Shown piece after piece: positions 45,627-54,822 of a DNA stretch of 64,000 nucleotides. The DNA lies in the IMG/VR virus record IMGVR_UViG_3300024265_000045, positions 1-64,000 of that record; one strand, given 5' to 3'. How positions within the stretch are numbered: the stretch's first letter is position 1; every line of letters begins with the position of its first letter. The notes under the pieces are model-generated. The model saw nothing but the letters and a program-made list of their open reading frames with translations, ran no database searches and was not told the DNA's origin. The DNA is from a virus. Made by a program: the position numbers and the translations under genes.

Positions 45627-45839
45627 ATGTCAGATGAACACAGAATATCTTTAGAGGACCTCAGTAGAAAATTGGCAAGAAAAAAAGGAACCATTGGGCT
45701 CGTAGGAAAAATATTGGAGACACAAAACAGTACGATTAAGCTACTTCTAGTTGTGCAGGAAGCAAATGTCGCTTCAATTAAAGAATTAGAAGAAAGGATT
45801 ACGTTTATCGAGAAAACCTCGTTCCCGTACGTGCCGTAA
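45627..45839 (+). CDS. Small coiled-coil protein
   Basis: TATAGGAGAAACAT RBS. Confidence 0.7.
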   Translation: MSDEHRISLEDLSRKLARKKGTIGLVGKILETQNSTIKLLLVVQEANVASIKELEERITFIEKTSFPYVP

Positions 45840-45862
45840 GTTCCCACCCATAGGAGAAACAT

Positions 45863-46051
45863 ATGCTAAAAGAATATAAAAGAAGGAAGCAGGCACTTCT
45901 CGGCGACATTATCAATTTGGAGGATCGGATTAAGGAGAAAAGGACTAATCTGATTGCGCTTGAGGTTTTAATCAAACACTATACGAAAAGAAAAACTGCT
46001 AAGGAACCTCACACTTGCCGTACCTGTGGAGAACGTTGTGATTATTGTTAG
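45863..46051 (+). CDS. Small coiled-coil protein with C-terminal Cys cluster
   Basis: ATAGGAGAAACAT RBS; CRTCGERCDYC. Confidence 0.7.
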   Translation: MLKEYKRRKQALLGDIINLEDRIKEKRTNLIALEVLIKHYTKRKTAKEPHTCRTCGERCDYC

Positions 46052-46111
46052 CAGAAATATCCTCGACCCTCGCTCTGCGAGTCTTAAGATCACCATCCAT
46101 AGGAGAACAAT

Positions 46112-46306
46112 ATGTCTGAACTAGAAAGAAAAATAGAAGAGACGCAAACTAAAATTTCAAGGCTGAATAGAGATATATCTGGGGCTTTGGGGACATTACA
46201 TAGGCTCATGTGTACAAAGGATACACTTACTCTGAAAATGTATAAGTTGAAGAGTCAAAGAGAGTGGATGCCTGGATGTAATAGACCATACCCTACCTCA
46301 ACCTGA
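46112..46306 (+). CDS. Small coiled-coil protein
   Basis: ATAGGAGAACAAT RBS. Confidence 0.7.
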   Translation: MSELERKIEETQTKISRLNRDISGALGTLHRLMCTKDTLTLKMYKLKSQREWMPGCNRPYPTST

Positions 46307-46376
46307 GCCTTACCCACTCACTCCCTAGCATTTGGAGCCACAAGATCACTACTGTTCGTACCCTATAGGAGATAAA

Positions 46377-46550
46377 ATGAAGATACAATTTATAACTGAT
46401 GCAGGAACTATTGTTCAAGAGATGGAAGATATACAGGACTGGGAACTGTCCAAAAGTATAGCTCGAGCGTTCTTTACATCTGAGGTCGAAGAAGCGATTG
46501 CAAAGACGCTCAAAGAAGAGCAGATTGAGAAAGAGCAAGGAATTGTTTGA
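46377..46550 (+). CDS. Small hypothetical protein
   Basis: Start moved to the ATG after TATAGGAG. Confidence 0.65.
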   Translation: MKIQFITDAGTIVQEMEDIQDWELSKSIARAFFTSEVEEAIAKTLKEEQIEKEQGIV

Positions 46551-46581
46551 AATATACTCGTATCCCCAAAAGGAGAATATT

Positions 46582-46755
46582 ATGTCAGAACAGCTGATTC
46601 AGATTCAATTAGACATACTGGAGAAAGCTATCGAGGAAAAGCAGGAACGATTAGATGAAATAGATGTTGAGATGTGGGACATGCTCTTGGAAAAGACTAA
46701 GATTAAAAGTGATTTGATCACGCTTTGCCGTAAGCACGAAGAAATACGTAAGTAA
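46582..46755 (+). CDS. Coiled-coil protein, paralog of 47003-47197
   Basis: AAGGAG RBS; MSEQ...LEKAIE...KSDL.TL.RKHEE.R. Confidence 0.75.
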   Translation: MSEQLIQIQLDILEKAIEEKQERLDEIDVEMWDMLLEKTKIKSDLITLCRKHEEIRK

Positions 46756-46765
46756 GGAGTTTCAA

Positions 46766-46914
46766 ATGATAGTACATAGACTTTGGATAACAGATGTTAA
46801 GGTCAGACAAACCAAGCTCGGTAACAGGAAGAAGACTGAGTGGACTGGTTGGTTCTGTTTGGATTTATTCCTCTGTTCATTAAGACTATTAGCGTCGAGT
46901 ACAGGTACTTGTAG
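46766..46914 (+). pseudogene. Small gene with an apparent 1-nt frameshift near 46855
   Basis: WTGWF continues in the -1 frame as LFGFIPLFIKTISVEYRYL*; the unshifted frame runs through the downstream promoter. Confidence 0.5.
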
Positions 46915-46939
46915 TTCGTATCGTTCCAAAATGAGATCC

Positions 46940-46968
46940 TTGCATAATGAATTGATCTATGGTATAAT
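46940..46968 (+). promoter_or_regulatory. Sigma70-type promoter
   Basis: TTGCAT-N17-TATAAT with extended -10 TG. Confidence 0.8.
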
Positions 46969-47002
46969 AGTAGTGGAAAAATAAAAAGTAAAGGAGAGTA
47001 AT

Positions 47003-47197
47003 ATGTCCGAACAAGATATACAAGTTCTGTTAGATGTACTTGAGAAAGCTATTGAAGACAAGCGGAAGCGTCTTTTACGAGTAAATCAACGTCTTTTCCA
47101 AATAGATCAAGAAGTGTTCGATCTACTGATTGAACAGACGACGTTGAAGAGCGATCTGACAACGCTCCGTCGCAAGCACGAGGAATTACGTAGATAA
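47003..47197 (+). CDS. Coiled-coil protein, paralog of 46582-46755
   Basis: AAGGAG RBS; sequence similarity to the paralog. Confidence 0.75.
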   Translation: MSEQDIQVLLDVLEKAIEDKRKRLLRVNQRLFQIDQEVFDLLIEQTTLKSDLTTLRRKHEELRR

Positions 47198-47207
47198 GGA
47201 GAGTAAT

Positions 47208-47459
47208 ATGTCATTGGCAAAGCAATTAGAGCTAACCACTAACAGACGACGTCAGCAAGAATTACGTAAAGAAATACAGATGCTTGAGCTGATAATTAAG
47301 AAGTTATGTTATCAGTCTAATGCTGCTAACTGCGAGCTTGATGTTGTGATCGAGTTGAATCTTAAAATTCAAGCTCAGAGAAAGCTGATAAGTCGAAAAG
47401 ACAAAATGATACGGAGGTTAGTTAGTCGAGAAGGAATTCTTCTGAGGATGAAGGTATGA
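47208..47459 (+). CDS. Basic coiled-coil protein
   Basis: AAGGAG RBS. Confidence 0.65.
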   Translation: MSLAKQLELTTNRRRQQELRKEIQMLELIIKKLCYQSNAANCELDVVIELNLKIQAQRKLISRKDKMIRRLVSREGILLRMKV

Positions 47460-47743
47460 GGATTCATTTAGAAAAATCTGACTATGCAAAAAGTGTAGCA
47501 GAGATAGAAATGGAGATTATTTTAATTCTAAATCGAAATAACGTAATTTGTCCTCGCTGCCATACCTTTGATCATGGGGGTTGGTCAATTATTATTAGGG
47601 ATGAACTATTAGCTTCGGAGGATATCCTTCAAAGTAAAGGATATTGGTTAGTTTGGTGTAGATGCTTCCATGTATTTAGATATAGTCCACAAGCAAATCT
47701 TACTTTAAGAATATCCGGAGGAAAGATATGTACAAATCTGTGA
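47456..47743 (+). CDS. Zinc-binding hypothetical protein
   Basis: CPRC...WCRC; ATGA overlap with the upstream gene. Confidence 0.6.
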   Translation: MRIHLEKSDYAKSVAEIEMEIILILNRNNVICPRCHTFDHGGWSIIIRDELLASEDILQSKGYWLVWCRCFHVFRYSPQANLTLRISGGKICTNL

Positions 47744-47748
47744 AGCAC

Positions 47749-47777
47749 TTGCATAATGACTTGATCTATGGTATAAT
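47749..47777 (+). promoter_or_regulatory. Sigma70-type promoter, near-identical to the one at 46940
   Basis: TTGCATAATGACTTGATCTATGGTATAAT. Confidence 0.8.
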
Positions 47778-47810
47778 AGTATTAGAAGAATAAAAGCAAA
47801 GGAGAACAAT

Positions 47811-48068
47811 ATGGAGAACAAAATAATTTTGGAACCAGTTGAATGCACGAATGGTTTATACTCCGTTCAGGTTGTGGAGTATCGAGACCAGTACAGGGAG
47901 AGACCGTATAATGTTCAGTGTTTATCTTCTTCGAATAATAAGATAGTATCATATAGTTGGGAGCTGTCTTTGCAGGACGCGGTTGAGAAGTTCAACAAAC
48001 TCGTTCATAGACCAGCTACACCGCAATCAATAGTTATGCTTGCCGTTCGGGATGAAAATGCAGTTTGA
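47811..48068 (+). CDS. Hypothetical protein
   Basis: AAGGAG RBS after the promoter. Confidence 0.7.
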   Translation: MENKIILEPVECTNGLYSVQVVEYRDQYRERPYNVQCLSSSNNKIVSYSWELSLQDAVEKFNKLVHRPATPQSIVMLAVRDENAV

Positions 48069-48147
48069 AATTTGGGACGAGTCAGAAGAATTTACTCGAG
48101 AGATATGGAACAAACTAATAGATAGGGTAAGAAAAAAGGAGAAACAA

Positions 48148-48468
48148 ATGTCAGATATAAAATATGTAAAGGATTTCCCAATTAAGCTGGAATCAAAGAA
48201 TCAAGCAATTTACTATGATACGGTAAAATTACTCAAAGTTTGTATCCGTCACACAGCCCATATGTTCCCTGATAGTTATGTAGCTCATTTTAACTCTCTG
48301 GAAAAGTTGGAAGATAATGTTGCTGACAATCTTAACGGTTCGGGATATGAACTGCATGGAGAGCTAACTTTGTATAGACAATGCACAAAATGTGAGGAAT
48401 GGAATTTGATTGAGTGGCTCTATTGGTTTGCTTCTGGGGAACTTTGTAACGATTGTGTTGATGCCTGA
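48148..48468 (+). CDS. Hypothetical protein with C-terminal zinc finger
   Basis: CTKC...CNDC; AAGGAG before 48148, though upstream in-frame ATGs exist. Confidence 0.65.
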   Translation: MSDIKYVKDFPIKLESKNQAIYYDTVKLLKVCIRHTAHMFPDSYVAHFNSLEKLEDNVADNLNGSGYELHGELTLYRQCTKCEEWNLIEWLYWFASGELCNDCVDA

Positions 48469-48652
48469 TTCCGCCCTTACCCAACTCGAGCATGACCTTG
48501 CCCAATGTCTCCAATCTATCAAAGAGACTCAGCTTCTAATAACTTATGGTCGCAGCTTGCAGACATATTCGGGTTTGAAGACTCGACTGCAAGATCTACA
48601 CAAAGTCAGAGTTGCCATTTTGGATAGATTAAATAAGGAGAAACATGTATAA
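48461..48652 (+). CDS. Small coiled-coil protein
   Basis: Overlaps both neighbours. Confidence 0.55.
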   Translation: MPDSALTQLEHDLAQCLQSIKETQLLITYGRSLQTYSGLKTRLQDLHKVRVAILDRLNKEKHV

Positions 48653-48929
48653 TATGAAGATTCCGCTTATGGAAGATACGCATAGAGAGCAATCGGACAG
48701 ACTTATTACGGAGAAACTTACTGAAATAGTTTTTGATTTGACTAAGAAATATACGGAAGTCCTTCGAAAGTATCGTATTGCAGGATTCAAGTGTAGTTGT
48801 TCCAAAGAAGAGTGGGCTGAAGTACTGAACGACAAAATTGTTCTTGAAGATGCTATAATATATTTCAAAGCTACTCTACGATATATGCAAAGATCAGTAA
48901 ACAGGATTGACCCAGCTGAAGGAGACTAA
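48645..48929 (+). CDS. Hypothetical protein
   Basis: AAGGAG RBS. Confidence 0.65.
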   Translation: MYNMKIPLMEDTHREQSDRLITEKLTEIVFDLTKKYTEVLRKYRIAGFKCSCSKEEWAEVLNDKIVLEDAIIYFKATLRYMQRSVNRIDPAEGD

Positions 48930-48934
48930 ATAGT

Positions 48935-49240
48935 ATGACTCCAACAAAGAATGTTTTTGAGCTGGGAGAACCTCACGGAAAAGCTCAATTAAAAGCGATA
49001 AAGGATTCAGTTGAGTTCTTATATGAACTTATGGATGATTGCGCTAAAAATATCGACTATTTGGTAGCGAAACTTGCAGATAATTCAATGATAGTTCCAG
49101 AACGAGTAATATTACTCAAATTTCTGCTTAATAGACGGTTGATGCAAGAAGCTTTAGTGGACGGAGCAAAGCAGTCTTTAAAAGTATATCGAAGAATGCT
49201 AAAAAGAAATGAACTATTGAAACGTTCGGAGGAAGAATAG
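48935..49240 (+). CDS. Hypothetical protein
   Basis: AAGGAG RBS. Confidence 0.65.
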   Translation: MTPTKNVFELGEPHGKAQLKAIKDSVEFLYELMDDCAKNIDYLVAKLADNSMIVPERVILLKFLLNRRLMQEALVDGAKQSLKVYRRMLKRNELLKRSEEE

Positions 49241-49241
49241 T

Positions 49242-49472
49242 ATGTATGATAAAATGAAACAAAGAGATGAACTTATAGACCTTCTAGATCAAACTATTAG
49301 GAATATAGGCATTCAGAAATTCCTTTTGAGTATATGCTCAAAGGACGATTGCTCAAATTGTTCAAGTGGTGAAGAAAAAAACCTGGAAGACTTTCTGGAA
49401 GACTACCTAGAATTAGCTCAAAGATTGACAAATGAGATAGAAGAAATTGATAAACTAGTTAAGTGTAACTGA
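49242..49472 (+). CDS. Hypothetical protein
   Basis: GGAGG RBS; coupled to neighbours. Confidence 0.6.
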   Translation: MYDKMKQRDELIDLLDQTIRNIGIQKFLLSICSKDDCSNCSSGEEKNLEDFLEDYLELAQRLTNEIEEIDKLVKCN

Positions 49473-49750
49473 TGTATGGGATTACTAATTCTCAAAAGTT
49501 AGCTTTGATTCAGCGTATTAAAGTTCGCATACGAATGCTTATAGATTTAGATGGAGAGCATTTGAATTCGTGTTTTACAAGTGATGATAATGGCAGAAAT
49601 ATAAATCTTTGGCTTGAAGCTAAAGATATAGACTTAAGGAAAGGAGATATTGTAACTCTAGCAGGTATTGGCTTCTATGGAGAATACGAAGTTCTAAGTA
49701 AAGACTTAGGTGACGGAATTAATTTGAAATTACGTAAGATCATTTTATAA
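49472..49750 (+). CDS. Hypothetical protein
   Basis: TGATG stop/start overlap. Confidence 0.6.
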   Translation: MYGITNSQKLALIQRIKVRIRMLIDLDGEHLNSCFTSDDNGRNINLWLEAKDIDLRKGDIVTLAGIGFYGEYEVLSKDLGDGINLKLRKIIL

Positions 49751-49769
49751 AAGATAAAGGAGAAAATTG

Positions 49770-50024
49770 ATGTCTATAGTGAATTTTTATACAGCAACGG
49801 AAGTAAAGCCTGACACCGTATTTGTCTCAACTATAACTTGCCACATAAACCACGTAGATTATGAAACCAGTACGGTCTGGATACGTTTGTATCGCTGCCC
49901 TTATCCCAATCCACAAATAAGTAGTGATGGAGTACCTCAAGGTGACCATTGCGGAAATGATGTTGAAGTTGCCAAAACACTCTATCCTATTCTACGTAAT
50001 TTTGAAAATATCAAGGTTATGTAA
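49770..50024 (+). CDS. Hypothetical protein
   Basis: AAGGAG RBS. Confidence 0.65.
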   Translation: MSIVNFYTATEVKPDTVFVSTITCHINHVDYETSTVWIRLYRCPYPNPQISSDGVPQGDHCGNDVEVAKTLYPILRNFENIKVM

Positions 50025-50035
50025 AGGAGAACAAA

Positions 50036-50509
50036 ATGAACGATAAGAATTTATGGCTTGATGATCCAGGAGTTTTGGCGAAGAAATATCTTAAGACATG
50101 TATCCCTAAACTCCAAGAGCAAATGGTAGTTTTAGAAACTATACAGAATGAAATAAAAGCTAATTATGCGGAAGAGATTGGATATTTAAGGTGGACTATC
50201 GGACTTAATCATACTCTACTAGAATGTCTAATAAATATCCTAAGAGTAAAAATCTCTAACCCTACCGTTGCTGAGCTACGAGAGCATCTAATGGATCTAC
50301 ACACTCAACTAAATCTCTCGGACACAGTTTATGATACACGAATACGGATTCGAGCACATATTGCAAGACATGTTAGGGACTTGAACAAGCTAACAGAGTT
50401 GGATCACGAAGGAACGGAAGTAGAACCAGGTCTTTTGGACAGTCTGGTCGAGGAAGGTATTTTAGAAGAAGGTTGGGACGAAGAACCTGATTTCTTGGAT
50501 GGTACATAA
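50036..50509 (+). CDS. Hypothetical protein with acidic C-terminus
   Basis: AAGGAG RBS. Confidence 0.7.
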   Translation: MNDKNLWLDDPGVLAKKYLKTCIPKLQEQMVVLETIQNEIKANYAEEIGYLRWTIGLNHTLLECLINILRVKISNPTVAELREHLMDLHTQLNLSDTVYDTRIRIRAHIARHVRDLNKLTELDHEGTEVEPGLLDSLVEEGILEEGWDEEPDFLDGT

Positions 50510-50796
50510 TGACTGACTGGACTCGAGCTGACTGGAAAAGAGTAGCACAAATACGATTGTCGAGAATTTCAGAGCTTGAAAAAGAAAAGTCTGAGCTACT
50601 CGAGAAATTAGATGAGGCGGAGGCAAGGATCAGGATAGAACTTGAACCTAGAATAGAAAGAGAAGAGAAAATGTACGACATTGATGCTCTAGAAGGTTTT
50701 GGGGATCCTTGTTTCAAACATGGAATGGCTGGAAATTGCGGACCAGACTGTGAAGCTTACGGAGATAAAGAGGAGTGTAAAAATGGAGAAGAATAA
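50509..50796 (+). CDS. Coiled-coil protein with C-terminal Cys cluster
   Basis: TAATG overlap; CFKHGMAGNCGPDC. Confidence 0.65.
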   Translation: MTDWTRADWKRVAQIRLSRISELEKEKSELLEKLDEAEARIRIELEPRIEREEKMYDIDALEGFGDPCFKHGMAGNCGPDCEAYGDKEECKNGEE

Positions 50797-51004
50797 TGAA
50801 GGTTTACATGATATTTGTAAGAAGTGTGGTTTCTACGAAACTTGTGAAGCAGAAGGATGTTTCATTATTGATCATATAAACAGCCTGGAGCAAAAGGTTG
50901 AGTGGTTGAAGAGTGAACTGGAAAGTTACAAACTTCAAAATAACATGCTACAAAGTCTTGTTCGAGCAACCTCTTCTGATCTGACCGAAAAACAGGAAAA
51001 ATAA
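50783..51004 (+). CDS. Cys-cluster plus coiled-coil protein
   Basis: GAGGAG RBS; CKKC...C....C. Confidence 0.65.
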   Translation: MEKNNEGLHDICKKCGFYETCEAEGCFIIDHINSLEQKVEWLKSELESYKLQNNMLQSLVRATSSDLTEKQEK

Positions 51005-51016
51005 TTCGTCCAGCCT

Positions 51017-51060
51017 TTTACACAAACTTTACGTACATATGACCTTGTATATGGTAGAAT
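51017..51060 (+). promoter_or_regulatory. TTTAC-box promoter
   Basis: TTTAC 51017, TTTAC 51028, TAGAAT 51055. Confidence 0.78.
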
Positions 51061-51100
51061 AAATTAAGTGGAAAAATTCCACTGGAAGGAATTATCCGAA

Positions 51101-52810
51101 ATGGAAACAGAACATATTACAGTCACGGCAAGTCCAGAATTATTAAAACTGATGAGCCGTACCCTGTACTCAATGGATCACCCAACAATTTGGGTGCGAG
51201 AAATTGGGCTGCAGAATGCCGTAGATGCGGCGAAAGCTGCTGGCAGAGAGCCAAAGATCAGGATAAAAATAGAGCGTGTAGAAGATACATTGTTTATGGA
51301 GGTTCAGGATAATGGTTGCGGGATGGATATCCCAACTCTTCGCGACGCTTATTTCTGTCTAGGGGCTACAGCTAAAGGAGAGCTTGACGACTCCGGGGGT
51401 TTTGGAGTCGCTGCTGCCGTTGAGCTATCTGGTAATGATTGGAGTGTACGAACAAATGATCTATACTACACTCGAGCTATGATGGAGAAAGGCAAGCCTG
51501 TTGAGCAAGTTGAGCTCCAGAAAGGAACGACAGTAACTTGTGTTACAGACTCATTTGACAAATGGAGCTGGGAAGATCAAATTATCAGATTGATATATTC
51601 CAGTGAAGTAGATATCCATCTTATTCTTATTGGTGGGGATGGAACGATATTACTGGATGATCCACATGCAGGAACGGGAAGATTTCCTAAGCTATCCCGT
51701 ACCCCCCTGCTCGCTACTGAGAATGGTAAGGATGAGAATGGTAATCTTTGGGAAGCTTCTGGTTCACAGAAGATGACAGCTCCTTTGAGCAATAGTCTTA
51801 CTGGATATGCTTTCTTTCGTCTTAATGGTCTTACTCAATTCTGGAAATATTCCAGTGTTAGAACTACGGTACTTTGGTTTGATATAACAGCTAAGAATCG
51901 TCCAGGAGAGGATTATCCTTTTACCATGCCTCGAGAATCGTTGCAAGGCTCAATGAAAGATTTCCTCACCAAAGTTCTTGAACGACATACAATTGATCAC
52001 AAAACAAGTGAACGACATATTGTGAGTCCTCATAAACCTTCAAAAGAAGTTCGAGCAGGAGCGTTTCTTCGCTCAAAGCGACACCATGAGGGAAGATTAT
52101 ATAATAATGATCCAGACCTTCAAAACTTTGGTATTGAGTTAGATAAAGATGAAATAATTGAGCAAGTTAAGGAGATGATGGAGCAATTCCCCAAGCACAA
52201 TCAAGATAAAGCCTCAGAGGTTATTCACAGAAAGATCATTGATAATCCTGAAACCGAAGAGCCTGAAAATATTCCTGATGCTCCCCCTACCACACTCGAT
52301 GGTCTAGCCCAGGTTCTCGTGCATGCTCCTGCAAAACAAGTTGAAACTATTCGTGACGAACTTGTTGATGCTCTAACAGAATATATGATTTTCTTAGACT
52401 GTTACGACACGGACAATCAAGCAGAGCTGGCTTTCGATGCAGAAGTACTCGATCTGTGGAAAGAGCTCATGTGGATTACGGCAGAGCCAGAGGAAATCTT
52501 TGGTGTTGGTCTCGTGCATAAGTACGGGGTTACAGCCACCAGAGGTTACGAAATGAATACTCCGGTTTATCAGCTCAATCCTGAAGTATTTCGGAGAATA
52601 ATGCCTGGAACGGCAATGGGAGTAATCCTGACCATGTGGTCAATGGCTTGCCACGAAGCTGCACATTTTCGAAGCAGTACTCATGATGAAGCTTTCTCGG
52701 ATGCAGAGTTCATAGCTAACTGTGAATCTGCCCATCTGTTAGAGTTGAATTGGAAATTATTGATACAAATTGCAAAAAAGATTGTACGTTTAGAAAAGAA
52801 AATTGTATAG
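51101..52810 (+). CDS. GHKL (HSP90/MORC-like) ATPase with a C-terminal HExxH metallopeptidase-like motif
   Basis: REIGLQNAVDA, VQDNGCGM, GGFGVA, GTTV; C-terminal CHEAAHFRSSTHDEAF. Alternative GTG start at 51068. Confidence 0.82.
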   Translation: METEHITVTASPELLKLMSRTLYSMDHPTIWVREIGLQNAVDAAKAAGREPKIRIKIERVEDTLFMEVQDNGCGMDIPTLRDAYFCLGATAKGELDDSGGFGVAAAVELSGNDWSVRTNDLYYTRAMMEKGKPVEQVELQKGTTVTCVTDSFDKWSWEDQIIRLIYSSEVDIHLILIGGDGTILLDDPHAGTGRFPKLSRTPLLATENGKDENGNLWEASGSQKMTAPLSNSLTGYAFFRLNGLTQFWKYSSVRTTVLWFDITAKNRPGEDYPFTMPRESLQGSMKDFLTKVLERHTIDHKTSERHIVSPHKPSKEVRAGAFLRSKRHHEGRLYNNDPDLQNFGIELDKDEIIEQVKEMMEQFPKHNQDKASEVIHRKIIDNPETEEPENIPDAPPTTLDGLAQVLVHAPAKQVETIRDELVDALTEYMIFLDCYDTDNQAELAFDAEVLDLWKELMWITAEPEEIFGVGLVHKYGVTATRGYEMNTPVYQLNPEVFRRIMPGTAMGVILTMWSMACHEAAHFRSSTHDEAFSDAEFIANCESAHLLELNWKLLIQIAKKIVRLEKKIV

Positions 52811-52829
52811 GAAAATAATTGGAGAGGTA

Positions 52830-52982
52830 ATGAAAATCATAAATAGATTATTATGTAGATTTGGGATACACTCGTATACAAAATGGGATAACTGTTTCAT
52901 TACAATGCAAGTACGATTCTGTATTCGATGTAATATTCGTAGAATTCGGTCAGTTAGTTTTAGAGGAGAACAAAATGAGTAG
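52830..52982 (+). CDS. 50-aa DUF1660-like Cys/His protein (below the ORF track cutoff)
   Basis: GGAG RBS; RLLCRFGIHSY...CIRC. Confidence 0.65.
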   Translation: MKIINRLLCRFGIHSYTKWDNCFITMQVRFCIRCNIRRIRSVSFRGEQNE

Positions 52983-53331
52983 CATAGATCTAGAAGAAGC
53001 AATTAAAGATATTGAAGCTGGGGATCAAGTAATACGAGAGCATGAGGAAAGTCCTGGGGATTACTATCAACGCTCTATAGCTTGTTCCCTCGCCGTCATC
53101 GCCGAGGAGTTGAGGATTATGAATCAGAACTCCGCCAGTACCCTTGTCGAACCTGAGCCTACTACTCACATTGCGTCCATAATGGACGACGCTGATGAAG
53201 TAGCTAAGGATTTATTGGATGAGAGCTACGCAGATTTGACTCCTGAGGGACAACGTAGAGTACGAGAAAGAATGTATGAGCTAGGATACGGAACTCGGAA
53301 TATACCTCCTGTATTCGGTTTAGGAGAATAA
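52975..53331 (+). CDS. Hypothetical protein
   Basis: Start moved to the ATG after GAGGAG. Confidence 0.7.
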   Translation: MSSIDLEEAIKDIEAGDQVIREHEESPGDYYQRSIACSLAVIAEELRIMNQNSASTLVEPEPTTHIASIMDDADEVAKDLLDESYADLTPEGQRRVRERMYELGYGTRNIPPVFGLGE

Positions 53332-53333
53332 TC

Positions 53334-53591
53334 ATGAGAATAGTTGAGGCAATAAAAGCTCAAATAAAAGCTCAAATGGCTTGCTCAAAAGCAAAACGAA
53401 TGGTCAGATTGAGCGAGCGAAAAGTGAAGGAGCTTCGAAAGCTACGAAGAAAAGTAGAAAGACCTGGACAGGGTTGGGGACCTTGGTCTCGGGAAATAAA
53501 AGCTGCAGAGTGGACTAAAATGTATTTTGAACGAGAATACATACAAGCTCAGAAAGAACTTAAAGAGAGGATATATGGGAAAAATAGCTGA
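53334..53591 (+). CDS. Basic hypothetical protein
   Basis: AGGAG RBS. Confidence 0.65.
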   Translation: MRIVEAIKAQIKAQMACSKAKRMVRLSERKVKELRKLRRKVERPGQGWGPWSREIKAAEWTKMYFEREYIQAQKELKERIYGKNS

Positions 53592-54099
53592 TTTACGTTG
53601 TGATTTATTTGAATTGACCAGAAGAGTATCTTGTTTGGAGGATGAAGTAGAAAATTTATCTACAGGGAGTATCTCCGGTTTAAAATCAGCAATATCCGAA
53701 TTGCAAAGTGCAAATGCAGACCTAGAAAGAAACTTGGAGTCAGTGACGAAAGAATTGGAGAAAGCAAAAGAAACTGTCTTATTCTCTCAAACATCTTTTG
53801 CTAAATTATTTCAAGCTGTTCTTGAAGATTTTCCTGACTGGAGTAAAAAATGGAGATTCGCTCCAGTAATAGAAAAAGATAGGCAAGAAGAACATACAGT
53901 CATATGTAGTTTATGTACTATGCAGTCAGAGATAAATTTTTCACATAAAATTGAGTCATATACATGGGAGACTGGTAAAGATCCTACGGCAAGAGAAGAG
54001 GGATGGACAGTGAGTCGTTTTTACAGGGATGCTTTTCCTGCTAAATGTCATATATGGGTATGTCCGAAGTGTACGGCGGTAGAAGCAAGTAGGCAGTAA
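53575..54099 (+). CDS. Coiled-coil protein with zinc finger
   Basis: Heptad repeat, then CSLC...CPKC. Confidence 0.7.
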   Translation: MGKIADLRCDLFELTRRVSCLEDEVENLSTGSISGLKSAISELQSANADLERNLESVTKELEKAKETVLFSQTSFAKLFQAVLEDFPDWSKKWRFAPVIEKDRQEEHTVICSLCTMQSEINFSHKIESYTWETGKDPTAREEGWTVSRFYRDAFPAKCHIWVCPKCTAVEASRQ

Positions 54100-54137
54100 A
54101 TTATAAAGATAATAGTTGTAACCAGAAGGAGTTTGGA

Positions 54138-54410
54138 ATGAGAACTAAAAAGAGATATGTGTGTGAAATTTGCGGTTACGAGTCTAGCGATGATGCTAGA
54201 GTTTTGGAATGTGAGGAAGCTCATATCCTACCCGTTAAGATTTTGGAAACTGAAGGCTATCAAGAAGGTATTCGTCATGGTGATACACCTCCAGCTCAAG
54301 TGGTTGTGAAATTTTCAAATGAGTCAAAATATTACTATGCTCTAACTGATCGCAAATATGCTAGAACGGAAGAGCTGGATATGTTTCCGGACGATAAAGG
54401 GATAGATTAA
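54138..54410 (+). CDS. Zinc-finger protein
   Basis: YVCEICG...CEEAH. Confidence 0.7.
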   Translation: MRTKKRYVCEICGYESSDDARVLECEEAHILPVKILETEGYQEGIRHGDTPPAQVVVKFSNESKYYYALTDRKYARTEELDMFPDDKGID

Positions 54411-54411
54411 A

Positions 54412-54822
54412 ATGAAAGATAGACCCACCAAGGAAAATATCGAAAAAGAAATAGCTCAGAAGAAAAGTAAATTTTTAAAAGTAAGAGCCAAACGTGAGAT
54501 AATGGATATAGAGCTGGCTAAAATGCTCGAACTGGAGCATTCTTTGGTAGACGATTTACAAGAGTTAGCTCTTGAACTAGATAAATTGAACTATCCATTT
54601 AGCAAATCTGTATTGTATAGACAAGCTAGACGATCTCTTGAACGCTGTGGTTCATTTGTAATTACAGAAAGAGTTATTAGAGAGATTTTTAGTGAACTCA
54701 CAGTTCACAATGATTTTATAGCTCGAGTAATAGAAAGTCTAACTATTGCTTCATATAAGGTATATGTACGATATGATAAAAATGCTAGAGAATTTGTAAT
54801 GGAAATGGAGGAGAAAAAATGA
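54412..54822 (+). CDS. Hypothetical protein
   Basis: Coupled ORF with coiled-coil N-terminus. Confidence 0.65.
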   Translation: MKDRPTKENIEKEIAQKKSKFLKVRAKREIMDIELAKMLELEHSLVDDLQELALELDKLNYPFSKSVLYRQARRSLERCGSFVITERVIREIFSELTVHNDFIARVIESLTIASYKVYVRYDKNAREFVMEMEEKK

